Assembly: GCA_002269645.1 (NCBI GenBank)
Contig: NIVC01002079.1
Location: 62,001-126,000 of the forward strand
Length of the DNA stretch: 64,000 bases
Origin: Macrostomum lignano
Taxonomy: Eukaryota
Direction of reading: 5' to 3'
The first letter of the stretch is position 1. Each line of letters opens with the position of its first letter. The position numbers and the translations under genes are program-made. Positions 1-12,439 of this stretch are shown in pieces. The notes below the pieces were generated by a model, which did no database searches, was not told the DNA's origin, and was given only the letters and a program-made list of their open reading frames with translations.

Positions 1-60
1 CTGTACGAACGACTGGCAAGATGGGTGAGGGAGATGTTAGCTAGGGTATAGAGGATTTGG

Positions 61-1432
61 AAGTTGGTCACTGAAATTGAGGATCTGGGTGGTTGGTCAC
101 TGAAATTGAGGATCTGGGTGGTTGGTCACTGAAATTGAAGATTTGGGAGGTTGGTCACTGAAACTAAGGATCTGGGTGGTTGGTCACTGAAATTGAAGAT
201 TTGGGAGGTTGGTCACTGAAATTGAAGATTTAGGAGGTTGGTCACTGAAATTGAAGATCTGGGTGGTTGGTCACTGAAACTGAGGATTTGGGAGGTTGGT
301 CACTGAAACTGAGGATTTGGGAGGTTGGTCACTGAAACTGAGGATTTGGGAGGTTGGTCACTGAAACTGAGGATCTGGGTGGTTGGTCACTGAAACTGAG
401 GATCTGGGAGGTTGGTCACTGAAACTGAGGATTTGGGAGGTTGGTCACTGAAACTAAGGATCTGAGAGGTTGGTGACCAAGATTCAGGTCTGAGAGAGAT
501 TGGTCACTGAAACTGAGGATCTGAGAGGTTGGTGACCAAGATTCAGGTCTGAGAGAGATTGGTCACTGAAACTGAGGATCTGGGAGGTTGGTCACTGAAA
601 TTGAGGATCTGGGAGGTTGGTCACTGAAACTGAGGATCTGGGAGGTTGGTCACTGAAACTGAGTATCTGGGAGGTTGGTGACCAAGATTTAGATCTGGGT
701 GGTTGGTCACTGAAACTGAGGATTTGGGAGGTTGGTCACTGAAACTGAGGATCTGGGAGGTTGGTCACTGAAATTGAGGATCTGGGAGGTTGGTCACTGA
801 AACTGAGGATTTGGGAGGTTGGTCACTGAAAATAAGGATCTGAGAGGTTGGTGACCAAGATTCAGGTCTGAGAGAGATTGGTCACTGAAACTGAGGATCT
901 GGGTGGTTGGTCACTGAAATTGAAGATTTGGGAGGTTGGTCACTGAAATTGAAGATTTGGGAGGTTGGTCACTGAAACTGAGGATCTGGGAAGTTGGTCA
1001 CTGAAACTAAGGATCTGAGAGGTTGGTGACCAAGATTCAGGTCTGGGAGATTGGTCACTAAAACTGAGGATCTGGGAGGTTGGTCACTGAAATTGAGGAT
1101 CTGGGAGTTTGGTCACTGAAATTGAGGATCTGGGAGGTTGGTGACCAAGATTTAGGTCTGGGAGATTGGTCACTAAAACTGAGGATCTGGGTGGTTGGTC
1201 ACTGAAACTGAGGATCTGGGAGGTTGGTCACTGAAACTGAGGATTTGGGAGGTTGGTCACTGAAACTAAGGATCTGAGAGGTTGGTGACCAAGATTCAGG
1301 TCTGGGAGATTGGTCACTAAAACTGAGGATCTGGGAGGTTGGTCACTGAAATTGAGGATCTGGGAGGTTGGTGACCAAGATTCAGGTCTGGGAGATTGGT
1401 CACTGAAACTGAGGATCTGGGAGGTTGGTCCC
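61..1432. repeat. 29-bp minisatellite (GGTTGGTCACTGAAACTGAGGATCTGGGA, with a GACCAAGATTCAGGTCTG variant) filling aldolase intron 3
   Basis: Directly visible tandem units from ~61 to ~1432, ending about 8 nt from the exon-3 donor (GTGAGA on the - strand at 1441). Confidence 0.95.
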
Positions 1433-1441
1433 AATTCTCAC

Positions 1442-4400
1442 CTGCAGCACCTCCGGCTCAACAATGGGCACGAGACCATTCTGCTGGCAGATGGAAGCGT
1501 AACGAGCCAGCACGTTGGCGTTCTCCAGCATGGCCTGGTAGGACGGCGTGTTTGGCCCGATCTTCAGCACGCAGCGCCACTTGGCGAACTGGGCGCCGTC
1601 TTTCTTGTACTGGGCGCAGCGCTCCGACAGGCCGTCCAAGCCCTGCAGTGTGTCGGGTTGGGCAGCCATTCTCTAGGGGCGATTCTTTAGGTGATGGATC
1701 TCTAAGTTGCGATTCTCTGAGCGGCGATTTTCTAAGAAGCGATTCTCTGAGTGGCGATTTTCTAAGAAGCGATTCTCTGAGTGGCGATTTTCTAAGAAGC
1801 GATTCTCTGAGTGGCGATTTTCTAAGAAGCGATTCTCTGAGTGGCGATTTTCTAAGAAGCGATTCTCTGAGTGGCGATTTTCTAAGAAGCGATTCTCTGA
1901 GTGGCGATTTTCTAAGAAGCGATTCTCTGAGCGGCGATTTTCTAAGAAGCGATTCTCTGAGTGGCGATTTTCTAAGAAGCGATTCTCTGAGTGGCGATTT
2001 TCTAAGAAGCGATTCTCTGAGTGGCGATTTTCTAAGAAGCGATTCTCTGAGTGGCGATTTTCTAAGAAGCGATTCTCTGAGTGGCGATTTTCTAAGAAGC
2101 GATTCTCTGAGCGGCGATTTTCTAAGAAGCGATTCTCTGAGTGGCGATTTTCTAAGAAGCGATTCTCTGAGTGGCGATTTTCTAAGAAGCGATTCTCTGA
2201 GTGGCGATTTTCTAAGAAGCGATTCTCTGAGTGGCGATTTTCTAAGAAGCGATTCTCTGAGTGGCGATTTTCTAAGAAGCGATTCTCTGAGTGGCGATTT
2301 TCTAAGAAGCGATTCTCTGAGTGGCGATTTTCTAAGAAGCGATTCTCTGAGCGGCGATTTTCTAAGAAGCGATTCTCTGAGTGGCGATTTTCTAAGAAGC
2401 GATTCTCTGAGTGGCGATTTTCTAAGAAGCGATTCTCTGAGTGGCGATTTTCTAAGAAGCGATTCTCTGAGTGGCGATTTTCTAAGAAGCGATTCTCTGA
2501 GTGGCGATTTTCTAAGAAGCGATTCTCTGAGTGGCGATTTTCTAAGAAGCGATTCTCTGAGCGGCGATTTTCTAAGAAGCGATTCTCTGAGTGGCGATTT
2601 TCTAAGAAGCGATTCTCTGAGTGGCGATTTTCTAAGAAGCGATTCTCTGAGTGGCGATTTTCTAAGAAGCGATTCTCTGAGCGGCGATTTTCTAAGAAGC
2701 GATTCTCTGAGTGGCGATTTTCTAAGAAGCGATTCTCTGAGTGGCGATTTTCTAAGAAGCGATTCTCTGAGTGGCGATTTTCTAAGAAGCGATTCTCTGA
2801 GTGGCGATTTTCTAAGAAGCGATTCTCTGAGTGGCGATTTTCTAAGAAGCGATTCTCTGAGTGGCGATTTTCTAAGAAGCGATTCTCTGAGTGGCGATTT
2901 TCTAAGAAGCGATTCTCTGAGTGGCGATTTTCTAAGAAGCGATTCTCTGAGCGGCGATTTTCTAAGAAGCGATTCTCTGAGTGGCGATTTTCTAAGAAGC
3001 GATTCTCTGAGTGGCGATTTTCTAAGAAGCGATTCTCTGAGCGGCGATTTTCTAAGAAGCGATTCTCTGAGTGGCGATTTTCTAAGAAGCGATTCTCTGA
3101 GTGGCGATTTTCTAAGAAGCGATTCTCTGAGTGGCGATTTTCTAAGAAGCGATTCTCTGAGTGGCGATTTTCTAAGAAGCGATTCTCTGAGTGGCGATTT
3201 TCTAAGAAGCGATTCTCTGAGTGGCGATTTTCTAAGAAGCGATTCTCTGAGTGGCGATTTTCTAAGAAGCGATTCTCTGAGCGGCGATTTTCTAAGAAGC
3301 GATTCTCTGAGTGGCGATTTTCTAAGAAGCGATTCTCTGAGTGGCGATTTTCTAAGAAGCGATTCTCTGAGTGGCGATTTTCTAAGAAGCGATTCTCTGA
3401 GCGGCGATTTTCTAAGAAGCGATTCTCTGAGTGGCGATTTTCTAAGAAGCGATTCTCTGAGTGGCGATTTTCTAAGAAGCGATTCTCTGAGTGGCGATTT
3501 TCTAAGAAGCGATTCTCTGAGCGGCGATTTTCTAAGAAGCGATTCTCTGAGTGGCGATTTTCTAAGAAGCGATTCTCTGAGTGGCGATTTTCTAAGAAGC
3601 GATTCTCTGAGTGGCGATTTTCTAAGAAGCGATTCTCTGAGTGGCGATTTTCTAAGAAGCGATTCTCTGAGTGGCGATTTTCTAAGAAGAAATGATCTAA
3701 GTGGCGATTCACAAAAGGAAATCAATAGGGAGAAAGAAACCAGGGCCAATTAACTTCATCAATAACAGACTCTCCAAGGCCCTCACCTGGGTGGTGCACT
3801 CGTCATGGGAGCCGGCCAGCGGCACGACGCCCTTGTCCACCTTGATCCCGGGAATGATGCCGCGCTTCTGCAGCACCTGCGGGAACGGAGTGCCACAGTC
3901 GGCCTTCTGGTAGAAGGTCTCGTGGAACAGAATCACGCCGGAGATATAGTTGGACACTTCGGCATCGGCGGTGAACAGCAGCTGACGGTACAGGCGTCTG
4001 TTCTCCTCGGTGTTCTCAACGTTGATGCCCTGGAAGCGCTTGGCGCAGGTGCCTTGGCGAAAAGGAGAAATTGACAGGTTGGAACAATTTATGATTTATG
4101 AGTTGATTACATTCTGCGTAATACACATTAGGCATGTTGGTGTTAACCCCTCCCTGATTCTTCAGTGGGTACTGCTACTCAGTCATCAGGTATTTCATTA
4201 GGTACTGCTACTCAGTCATCAGGTATTTCATTAGGTACTGCTACTCAGTCATCAGGTATTTCATTAGGTACTGCTACTCAGTCATCAGGTATTTCATTAG
4301 GTACTGCTACTCACTCATCAGGTATTTCATTAGGTACTGCTACTCACTCATCAGGTATTTCATCCCCACTTCTCATCCACTATTCATGCTCTTCAAGCAC

Positions 4401-6065
4401 CAATGCTTATGCTGTGCGGTTCCATTTAATTCCAGTCTTGCCCAAAGCTTTAGCCTATCCATATTAAAAGTACAAAGGGACGGAAATGCTAATGCATCCG
4501 AAGCCCGTTTGGTCCCGTTCCAGTACAAATAATGGACACAAACAACACCAGACCAACTTGTGTGTTTATAGAAAAAATGTAACTTCTAATACATATAGAA
4601 GTTAATGCACAATTTATACTACTGACTACTAGCTGGAAAATGTAATAAACTGACTGGAATGCTTTACCAAGATTGCACTGTACTTTATTACTCTTTAAGG
4701 CCCCTTGTCAAACACAAACGCTCGCACAGGCTCTCTCTCTGTCTGTCTCTTTCTCTCTCCCCTTCTCGTCTCGCTCGGAAGGAGATCAATAAAAACCAGT
4801 CGAAACCTGCCGACCCGTCTGGCGCAGAAGTGTACACTCCTGCTGTACACCTTTCCCTGCGCCCGTCTACAGAGGCTGGAATCTCGCGCAGAGAGAGGGG
4901 AGAGAGAGGAAAGGAGGCTAGGAGTGCGTATGGGGGCAAAATACAAGCCCAGATACGGAGGACGCTTCTCTAATCTAGCCAACGGTCTTTCTGACTATAC
5001 TTGTAGATGGAGTGAGCCGTTACTATATGCTAAGTTCACTGGAAGGTCAATTAAACTTATAAACAGAATTTTCACTAATATCTAAACTAAACAAAGTAGT
5101 ACAGGCACAGCGTGCTAAATGAACTTTGAAGAGTAAAAAACAATGGAATTTTGAGCGAGTCACAGAAAAGCAAACAAATGACTTAATATTCGATAAAACA
5201 AGTTTCTTTTCAAAACACAAAACTTTATGGATTGAAACATTTCCGAACTTAAATTAAAACAGGACTGAAATTAATAAGTTCCACTGTTTGAAAATACAGC
5301 TATGACCCTCATAGAAAAGACAGCTATGGCTCTCATTGGGAATACAGCTGACTCTCATTGGGAAGACAGCTATGAGTCTCATTGGAAAGACAGCTGACTC
5401 TCATTGGAAAGACAGCTATGACTCTCATTGGGAAGACAGCTATGACTCTCATTGGAAAGACAGCTATGACTCTCATTGGGAAGACAGCAGACTCATTGGA
5501 AAGACAGATGACTCTCATTGGGAAGACAGCTATGACCCTCATTGGAAAGACAGCTATGACTCTCATTGGGAAGACAGCTATGACTCTCATTGGGAAGAAA
5601 GCTATGACTCTCATTGGAAAGACAGCTATGACTCTCATTGAGAAGACAGCAATGACTCTCATTGGAAAGACAGCTATGACCCTCATTGGAAAGACAGCAA
5701 TGACTCATTGGAAAGACAGCTATGACTCTCATAGGAAAGACAGCTATGACCCTCATTGGAAAGATAGCAATGACTCATTAGAAAGACAGATATGACTCTT
5801 ATTGGGAAGACAGCAATGACCCTCATTGGGAAGACAGCTATGACCCTCATTGAGAAAACAACCTTGAACATCATCAAAAAGACAGCTATAAAAGTACAGT
5901 GACCAAAATTAAAAAGACAAAATGAGCACTCCTAAAATGCAACTAAAGCTTACCAGTGCTTTCATCAGCAGCCAAAATGCCTTTGCCAGGAGCAGCAATA
6001 GCATTGGCAATATCGCGCAGCTCCTTCTGCTTCTCAGCACTCAGATATTCAGCATAGGAAGGCAT
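1442..6065 (-). CDS. ALDO: Class I fructose-bisphosphate aldolase, 5' three coding exons; remainder lies left of the window
   Basis: Exons 5954-6065 (MPSYAEYL...[10 protein letters not shown]), 3787-4052 (GTCAKRFQ...GVILFHET...[11 protein letters not shown]...TTQ) and 1442-1642 ([27 protein letters not shown]...PIVEPEVLQ). All introns GT-AG, phases 1,0,0 consistent. Hallmark aldolase motifs AADES, AKWR and VEPE are present. Confidence 0.97.
1700..3690. repeat. Near-perfect 30-bp minisatellite (GATTCTCTGAGTGGCGATTTTCTAAGAAGC), ~66 copies, aldolase intron 2
   Basis: Exact 30-nt period visible line by line. The only variation is a T/C site (GTGGCG/GCGGCG). The unit is a dimer of related 15-mers. 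Confidence 0.98.
4169..4363. repeat. 33-bp tandem repeat x6, aldolase intron 1
   Basis: GTACTGCTACTCAGTCATCAGGTATTTCATTAG starting at 4169, 4202, 4235, 4268, 4301, 4334. Confidence 0.92.
5295..5860. repeat. ~24-bp minisatellite (GACAGCTATGACTCTCATTGGAAA), aldolase intron 1
   Basis: About 23 imperfect units with occasional deletions, ending ~90 nt from the exon-1 donor. Confidence 0.92.
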
Positions 6066-6427
6066 GATGATTCAGGTAGTTTAAATTGATTATTAAGGGC
6101 TATAGCCAAAAAGCTGGAATGTGAATTTTTGTTAATATCAAATAAGTATACCTAATAACTACAAGAATTATGATAGATATATCAGTTAAAAAATTAAAGG
6201 AAAACAAAAGTAAAACAAAGAAAAATAGTTTCTAGAAAAAAATAGATGCTTTAAAATTAACTTAAAAAACAAAAATATATCTTTAAGTTTTTTAAAATTT
6301 GTATTGACAAAATTAAAAACTAAATTTTCATACCAGCATATGCCTGTCATGATCTTTATTAATAGATAAGGCCTCAACTAAATAAGGTTGCTAGTCAGAT
6401 TATCATATTCTATTTAGTATTTTATCA

Positions 6428-9300
6428 CTGGGTTTTTTTTTTTGCCAGAGATAAGGTGCGAAATCGCACCTTGTGCCAAATTTCAAGGTGCGATTTTAAG
6501 GCTCAGAGTGCAATTTCTCTTGAGTCTTGTTTAGAATGTGAGGGTTTCACGAGAGATATTCAGACAGACATTCGAAACGATCGTCTGTAACTTTAAACAA
6601 AATTGACCCGCTTCAACCATCTTTTTGGCAAATACTTACGCAAGTGTTGGGCATCAAATAAGCTTTAATTTATTAACTGAAGTAAAAATCCTTCTGACAT
6701 ACATTGATTTAAAAATTGCTTAGCAACACTAGCTCTGATTAGAAATCGCTTTACTGTTGACTAAAATTGTTTTGATCGTAGCAGCCTAAAAGCAGATACT
6801 GGATTTAAAAATGCTTCGATTTACTCTATACGCATGTCTCAGCTTTAAAATAACACCTCAGGCGTCGCAAAAGACAGCTTTGATGCTGAGATATTCGACA
6901 CTAAACATGCATTGCTTTGCGCAATCTCACATTCAGAAATTTCACTGATTTTTTGTCGATATTTGTGCAGTTGCCATGTCCTTGTTTTTCATCAGAAACT
7001 TGTCAAATTCTAGTCATGTCCAGTTTAAACCTGGACTTCTCTTAAACTGTCTTAAGTATTTGATTTTTAATGATTCCTGCCTTTATATTGCATAGATTGT
7101 ACCTGAGTCAGTGAGTCTGTGAGTGTACATTTGTACATTTGGCAACCAATCATGACTTTTTCACCGCTTTGCGGTTCAAATAAATATACGAGTGTACAAG
7201 AAACATGTTCCAACTGTTATTGAGAGAAATTGACGTCGCGTTTATTAACAGTCAGTGGCAATTAATATGAAGCAAATAGTTTATTGTTATGTTTTTACTT
7301 TTTTTGCGTGGCAATTCTGCTATCCAAATCGGAATGAGGTAAGCGGTGGGAATAAAATAAAAAGGAAGAATTTTTTCTACTGTTGTTGCAACCCAATAGC
7401 TATATGTACTTCAAACTTTTTAGATTGAACAGGCGATTTCTAATGTACTGCTAAGCTTTCCAATCCCTACGGACTACAGTAGCAGTTCTTAACTTTTTTT
7501 CTGTCTTGACTTCTAGACTCGGAATTCGGAACAACCTAAGGAGCCGCATGAAAATATTTAATTGGATAAAAATATTTTTTAAAAACAGCTCAAGTCGTGA
7601 CACATCTTCTTCTCACCTCAGTCCATCAACTGCTGCTCCTTCTGAGACCAAAGCGATCGTGAAAGTAAAACAGATCAGTTTAGATCCCATGGCCATGAAT
7701 ACAACCATTTCAATTGTGAACCTGCTTCGCTTACAAGTACGAGCACTAGCCTTCCATTTGATGCCATTAGCTCACTTAACTCTGAAATAGTTCAAGGACG
7801 GTTCCAAATGTTGAGATCTGACGTAGAAGCAGTCCAATTTGTGGAAATTTATCAACTGGACTCCATGAATCACTCCAATGAAAGGCGGCGAATAGCTGTA
7901 GAATGCGTAAACAAGTTTAAGTGAGTCACAAAAACCCCATTTACTGTAACTACATACACTTGTACGTTAGCAAGGCTCCATGCGATGGTTAATAAATGGA
8001 GAAGTAGACAAGCATCTGAACAAATATTGAATAAAAATCAGTGAAGTTTCCGAATGTGAGTTTGAGCAAAGCAATGTTTAGTGTCGAATATCTCAGCATC
8101 AAAGCTGTCTTTTGCAATGCCTGAGGTGTCATTTTAAAGCTGAGACATGCGTATAGACATGACTAGAATTTGACAAGATTCTGATGAAAAACAAGGACAT
8201 GGCAACTGCACAAATATCAACAAAAAATCAGTGAAATTTCTGAATGTGAGATTGCGCAAAGCAATGCATGTTTAGTGTCGAATATCTCAGCATCAAAGCT
8301 GTCTTTTGCGACGCCTGAGGTGTCATTTTAAAGCTGAGACATGCGTATAGAGTAAATCGAAGCATTTTTAAATCCAGTATCTGCTTTTAGGCTGCTACGA
8401 TCAAAACAATTTTAGTCAACAGTAAAGCGATTTCTAATCAGAGCTAGTGTTGCTAAGCAATTTTTAAATCAATGTATGTCAGAAGGATTTTTACTTCAGT
8501 TAATAAATTAAAGCTTATTTGACGCCCAACACTTGCGTAAGTATTTGCCAAAAAGATGGTTGAAGCGGGTCAATTTTGTTTGAAGTTACAGACAATCATT
8601 TTGAATGTCTGTCTGAATGGGTCTCCCTAAAACATGCCCCGCACCGCCCTGCAGCGCTACACATTAAAACAAATTGGACTATAACTAAAGACACTTCAGA
8701 ATGCGTTTTCTATTAAGCTTCAAGTTTTTATTAAATTTAGTTTTTTTTACTTTGAAATATAAAATTCGGTGAACAATAAGTGATATTAATAATAATATTA
8801 ATAAAATGATAATATTATAATTTAATAATGAAAATGAGAATATAAAAAAATAATAATATTTAAAAAAATAAATAAAGATATTTATTTTCAATTACTATTT
8901 TAACTTTTCCTTGCAATCAAATACTGCATTGACAAAAAATGTTATAATGTGTAGCAGTTCGGGGCCCAGTGCGGGGCGTGTTTTAGGGAGCCTTTGTCTG
9001 AATATCTCTCGTGAAACCCTCACATTGCTCACATTTCAGACAACTGGGAATGTATATTTTAATATCTTACATAAGGCTATAGCTATAGGCTATATCGCCT
9101 ATATGACTTAATAGGATTTAAAGAGTTATTTTGTTTCATATTTTAAGGCAGTGCATAAAAAATAGCTTAAGCATGGTTAAGCCTTTAAAGAAAAATGGTT
9201 ATAAGACCGCACCTAAACCGCACCTACTTTTTTAATTTCAGGGTGCGATTTTAAAATTTAGGGTGCATACGCACACTCTGCGCACAAAAAAAAAACCCTG
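6428..9300. mobile_element. Non-autonomous hAT-type DNA transposon (2.87 kb) with nested inverted repeats
   Basis: Termini CTGGGTTTTTTT... (6428) and ...AAAAAAACCCTG (9300) are imperfect TIRs of the CAGGG type. They are flanked by an exact 8-bp direct repeat TTTTATCA (6420-6427 and 9301-9308). No transposase ORF. An 8-bp TSD is the established hAT signature. Confidence 0.8.
6558..8618. mobile_element. Foldback-like unit: ~460-bp inverted arms (6558-7020 / 8157-8618) around a ~1.1-kb spacer
   Basis: The arm ATTCAGACAGACATT...AAATTCTAGTCATGTC is the reverse complement of GACATGACTAGAATTT...AATGTCTGTCTGAAT, with only ~8 substitutions that I could find. 8030-8156 is a partial extra copy of the right arm. 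Confidence 0.85.
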
Positions 9301-12300
9301 TTTTATCATATTTATATAATAAAGTGAATAGGAATAAAGTAGCCTTGTAAATTAATATGACAAAGTGATCAATATTTCAATAATAACTGGGACCTTGGGT
9401 TCTCAATGCTTTATACTAGCCAGTCAGTAAAATGGTAAGACAATATTGCAATGCACATCATAGTGCATAACTCCATAAGTAACAAAATGCATATAAACTA
9501 AATTGGAAATTTGGATAGTTATCCTTCTAGTGAGAGGGCCAAATAATCCGTGCTGTGCACCACTCAGACTTTCACACCGCTTTGGTGCTTTCGCCGCGCA
9601 CAAGTGAAACGCTAGAGTCTGTATGTACTATAAAATAGACCTACTAAGACAAGTAAACCAATTCATCTAGGCATAACTTTTAAAAACACAAATACTGATC
9701 TGAAGCTAAGAGAAAATAGATGTCAGTTAGTTTTCAGTAATCATGGTAACTGCAGAATATTTAATTCAGTTTTACAAAACAATAAACGTTTAATTTACTA
9801 TTGCAAATTAGTTTACTGAAAATTTACTGCACTATGTTTTTACATTTGATTTTTGTGTCCAGATATTAACGAAAACTACTTAAAGCTAAAATACAATGAA
9901 AGTATTTAATAAGTATTTAACGCTAAAGTAAATGTTTTCTTAGTATCGCATTTAGACGTTATTAAACTTTTTGTTGCGTACATTTTGTTATTGTAATATA
10001 TACTTCAATGATAACATCACGCAGTGAGCACACAGCAAAGATTTTTTCGTCTCACTTCTTTTTGATGCAAAATAGAGCAATAAATTAATTCCTTGCAGTC
10101 TGAATGGAACGTGCAAGTGTATCATCATCAGTGGTGACTGTTGATTTTTTTGTATTATCCTATTTGTACAAGAACAATACAATACACAGTAAATGTTTCA
10201 TAAACGTAAAGCTAAACGTCCCATCATGCTTTCCACTCCTCATGACGTGGAAAAACGATTAATTGTTTCATTTATATGCCCAGCTATTCCATGAAATTTA
10301 AATGTTTACTTTTTTGTTCAGAAGTAGAAACAAGCTAAATACCATTTTTAAGCTTGCTTACAATTCCAGAACAAAACAATTTATATTTTCACGTTTTGGC
10401 TTTCAAAAATATATAGAAGTGTTAGATATAAGTCAAGTCCTTCATTTTCAAAAATTAAATGCATGTTTTTTAACTTTCAAACTAAATGCCTTGTTTTTCA
10501 GTTCGAAAACAGACGAAACAAAATGTCAAAGCTTCTGGAAGCAGGTGGAAAATCAAGAAATATGCGGAATGCAGCTTAACCCTATCGAACCCGGCCGCTG
10601 CAGAGCAGCTAGTCATTTGCTCCCATATTCCCATTGACATTTGCTCAAATTCTGCCGTCTATGGCCCAATTGTAAGTCCCATGAGAAGTCTTCGACTTTG
10701 TCTACAGGGTCATATCGGGTAGGCTCGGGGTGAGTTAATCTGGTGTTAGAATTGTCTATGGCCGCTCTGCAGCCAGTGGGTTTTTTCGATGTGCTTTGGA
10801 TTTCCGGCGGAGCTTAAGTGGTATGTTAATATCTTCAAATTCGTTCTCACGATCTTGTTGTGACCGGGAATCTATAGTTCAGGGCTAGGTGGGACCGGCC
10901 CTGCACTTTCTTGCCGTTCCCCCACTGTGTCTTGTTTCGCCCCCCCCCCTAGCCGCACCCACCTCCCCATTTTTCTTCCCGGGCCATTTGCGGGCCAAAT
11001 TCTGATTGGTGGCCCCACCTCCCTGCTCTGTACCCCTTTGTTACTCCGTTGTTGTCTATGGCCAATATCGTTAGCGAGCTTACCTGACCCTAGAAATAAC
11101 CCAAACAAATGAATAAAATTGCGTAAACTACGGGAATTAGCCTACAGACGCCTCGCCTTGCCAATCTTTTCGGAACAGGGGTTTAAATATATACGCTACG
11201 AGAGTTAGTAGAATGTACTGCATGAACCCACTTCAAGTTCCGAATTGTCAGTTCGACCTACGTGCTGACCTGCCTCGCTCGTCCTCTGGGGGAGCTTTAA
11301 TTTTCAGCTAGTGATCGAAGATCGCTGCGATCACGTCATGTCGTCCCTGCAATCTCAACTGATTATACCAGCAAACTGCAGGTAATTCGCGTTATCGTTT
11401 CCGATCTTCGATTATTGGCAAGACACGCAAGCTTCCTAGCTACCCACGTCAATTTCTTAATTCCCAGTGGCATCCTCTTATTCTCAAAGCCTTCCATTAT
11501 AAGCTGTAGGCGTCATCTCCTTAATTGGTTATCATCAATTTAAGCACTAGTGACAATGTGACGGCTAAATTGAATATCCTCTATTTCGTGACTTGGTCCA
11601 CAGCACAGTGTGAACCAATAAGTATGTTTTGTTTATATTTTTATATCCTATATTATATATCATATTTTATAAATACTTTAGTTATACGAGTTTATCTAGC
11701 GCAAAGAGACGAAAAACACATACTGCAGATAGTCGAATTTCTCGAAAACAAAACTGATCATCGTTACCAAGGGCAACGCGCGCTGTGAACAGCAGTTAGC
11801 AGAAACAGAAACACGACGTGACATTGAAAAAGCCGGCTAAGATTAAACTCTGGTTAGACATCCAATAAGCATCCGGTTAAAGTGATTAAGCATTGTTAGT
11901 GTAACAAATCCACGTGCTTTTACAATTATTGTGCGTTTAGGGAGTAGAATATAGAATAATGTTGTGCCAACAAGCTAAAATAGGACAACAAAACCTTGGG
12001 ATTTATTGCATGGGATAAGATATTTTCACAATGATTGACACAAGCTGAGTAAAACACGATTTAAATTCTCTCTATTATGATTATTTTGAACAAGAGACAG
12101 TTTTGGATAAAAGTTTAAAGAGCTGATGCCATACGGCTGGCATGAGCACACATAACCAACAACATAATAAGCATATTACCAGAGGCATTAGTTTGTACTG
12201 TCCGCAAACCGGCACGACAAACAAAGGTCAATGTTTTTTTTTCGCGGATAAGCAGATGCTATCGAATTGTCGAATCATTCTTTAAGATTTGCAGTACTCC

Positions 12301-12439
12301 TCTCAACTCGATATTGCATCTGCTAGGTGATAGACTAGCCAAAATTGACCAATGGGTAGCATGAGAATTGATTGATGCAGCAGGCGTTCTGCCTCAAATT
12401 GACTTCTGGCGATTCAGTTAAAGGCGAGTGACGGACCAG

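Noticed and set aside
1700-3690. Possible CRISPR array (30-bp repeats; also the 61-, 46- and 44-bp arrays)
   Set aside because: Units are head-to-tail with no unique spacers, there are no cas genes, and the context is eukaryotic introns.
1396-3753. Four 660-790-aa ORFs ([40 protein letters not shown] repeats)
   Set aside because: They are translations of a 30-bp (multiple of 3) intronic array on both strands. They lie within the GT-AG intron of aldolase, and intron retention hits a stop at 3709.
4690-4990. GC/GA-rich island in aldolase intron 1 as a possible MITE (GGCCCC...GGGGGC ends)
   Set aside because: Terminal similarity is too weak, and I could not identify a TSD or a second copy in the window.
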